Made by a program: the position numbers and the translations under genes. Below, piece after piece: positions 63,513 to 64,000 of a DNA stretch of 64,000 bases. Source of the stretch: an uncultured Alphaproteobacteria bacterium (GTDB lineage: Bacteria; Pseudomonadota; Alphaproteobacteria; HIMB59; GCA-002718135); assembly GCA_902618385.1 (NCBI GenBank), contig CACNAF010000002.1, positions 30,988 to 94,987 on the forward strand. The letters are read 5' to 3'. The notes beneath the pieces were generated by a model that saw only the letters and a program-made list of their open reading frames with translations, had not been told where the DNA came from and did not search any database. The stretch's first letter is position 1; every line of letters starts with the position of its first letter.

Positions 63513-63878
63513 ATGGATACGCAGAGGCAAATTAGATTTGGTGAACTAATAAGATCATTACTAAGTGATTGTTTATTAAGAGAAGATTTTTTTGACGAAA
63601 ATATTAACTCTTCATCCATCACAATTTCATTTGTCAGAATGTCCAAGGACTTAAAGATAGCAAATGTATATTTCATGCCTCTTGGTGGTAAGAACAAAAT
63701 ACAAATTTTAGAAGTTTTAAAAGATAGAAAATATATTTTTCAAAAATTTCTATCAAAAGCAAAAATAAATTCAAAATTTACACCAAAACTTTCTTTTTAT
63801 TTAGATGATACATTTGATGAAGCAGAAAAAATTGAAAACCTTTTATTAAATAAAAACGTCTTAAGAGATATTAAGTAA
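63513..63878 (+). CDS. rbfA: ribosome-binding factor A
   Basis: 121 aa. Conserved position after infB. KH-like core ([19 protein letters not shown]). Confidence 0.85.
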   Translation: MDTQRQIRFGELIRSLLSDCLLREDFFDENINSSSITISFVRMSKDLKIANVYFMPLGGKNKIQILEVLKDRKYIFQKFLSKAKINSKFTPKLSFYLDDTFDEAEKIENLLLNKNVLRDIK

Positions 63879-64000
63879 TGATTTCAAAACAAGGTTGGAT
63901 AAACTTATACAAACCCAAAAATATTACATCTTTTAAAGCTATTAATTCAATAAAAAAAAAATTTTCAATTAATAAAATCGGTCATGCAGGTACTTTAGAT
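63878..64000 (+). CDS. truB: tRNA pseudouridine55 synthase TruB, 3' end cut by window edge
   Basis: [19 protein letters not shown]...GHAGTLD (catalytic Asp motif). The ATG overlaps the rbfA stop (TAATG). Confidence 0.85.
   Translation, partial: MISKQGWINLYKPKNITSFKAINSIKKKFSINKIGHAGTLD

Noticed and set aside
1-64000. A search for rRNA, tRNA, CRISPR arrays, transposases, integrases, prophage or toxin-antitoxin/defence modules.
   Set aside because: No intergenic gap is long enough or has the structure for a tRNA or rRNA. There are no spaced direct-repeat arrays. No ORF has transposase, integrase, phage or typical defence-system motifs.

Overview
This is an AT-rich, extremely gene-dense window. 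Genes often overlap or abut and intergenic DNA is minimal, as in a streamlined marine alphaproteobacterium. Style and gene content resemble Pelagibacterales/SAR11, but the taxon is inference only. I support about 70 protein genes. I saw no rRNA, tRNA, CRISPR array, transposase, integrase or phage genes. Layout: (1) 1-16.2 kb holds nucleoside salvage (PNP, thymidine phosphorylase, adenosine deaminase, PfkB kinase), an Hsp20 gene with a sigma-32-type promoter and a ROSE-like leader, an FbpABC-type iron importer, MsrPQ and assorted transporters. (2) 17.1-33.9 kb is a phosphorus-stress island. It holds a Ugp-like CUT1 ABC importer, PhnA+PhnY, PhnW, a stand-alone PhnZ, a GpdQ-like diesterase, a Cys-phosphatase, PiT+DUF47 and ArsC. 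Embedded in it are genes no described phosphonate route explains: a core-MetE-like Zn alkyltransferase, an Fe-alcohol dehydrogenase, a split class-I methyltransferase and an AllA-like protein. This island is my best candidate for an undescribed system. (3) 34-47.7 kb holds polyphosphate genes (ppk1, SixA-like, short Ppx), the lipid-remodelling pair plcP-agt followed by a MIP channel, a SET-domain gene overlapping a membrane-anchor-less phoR, and pstSCAB-phoU-phoB. (4) 47.7-64 kb is housekeeping: murJ, a frameshifted trpS, nfu, tsaB-rimI-miaB-phoH-ybeY-corC-lnt-trmB, and nusA-infB-rbfA-truB. A recurring 11-bp-phased heptamer repeat (TTGTAAT-like) lies upstream of five phosphorus-related transcription units and looks like the local Pho box. 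All functional calls rest on motifs read by eye. No database search was run.
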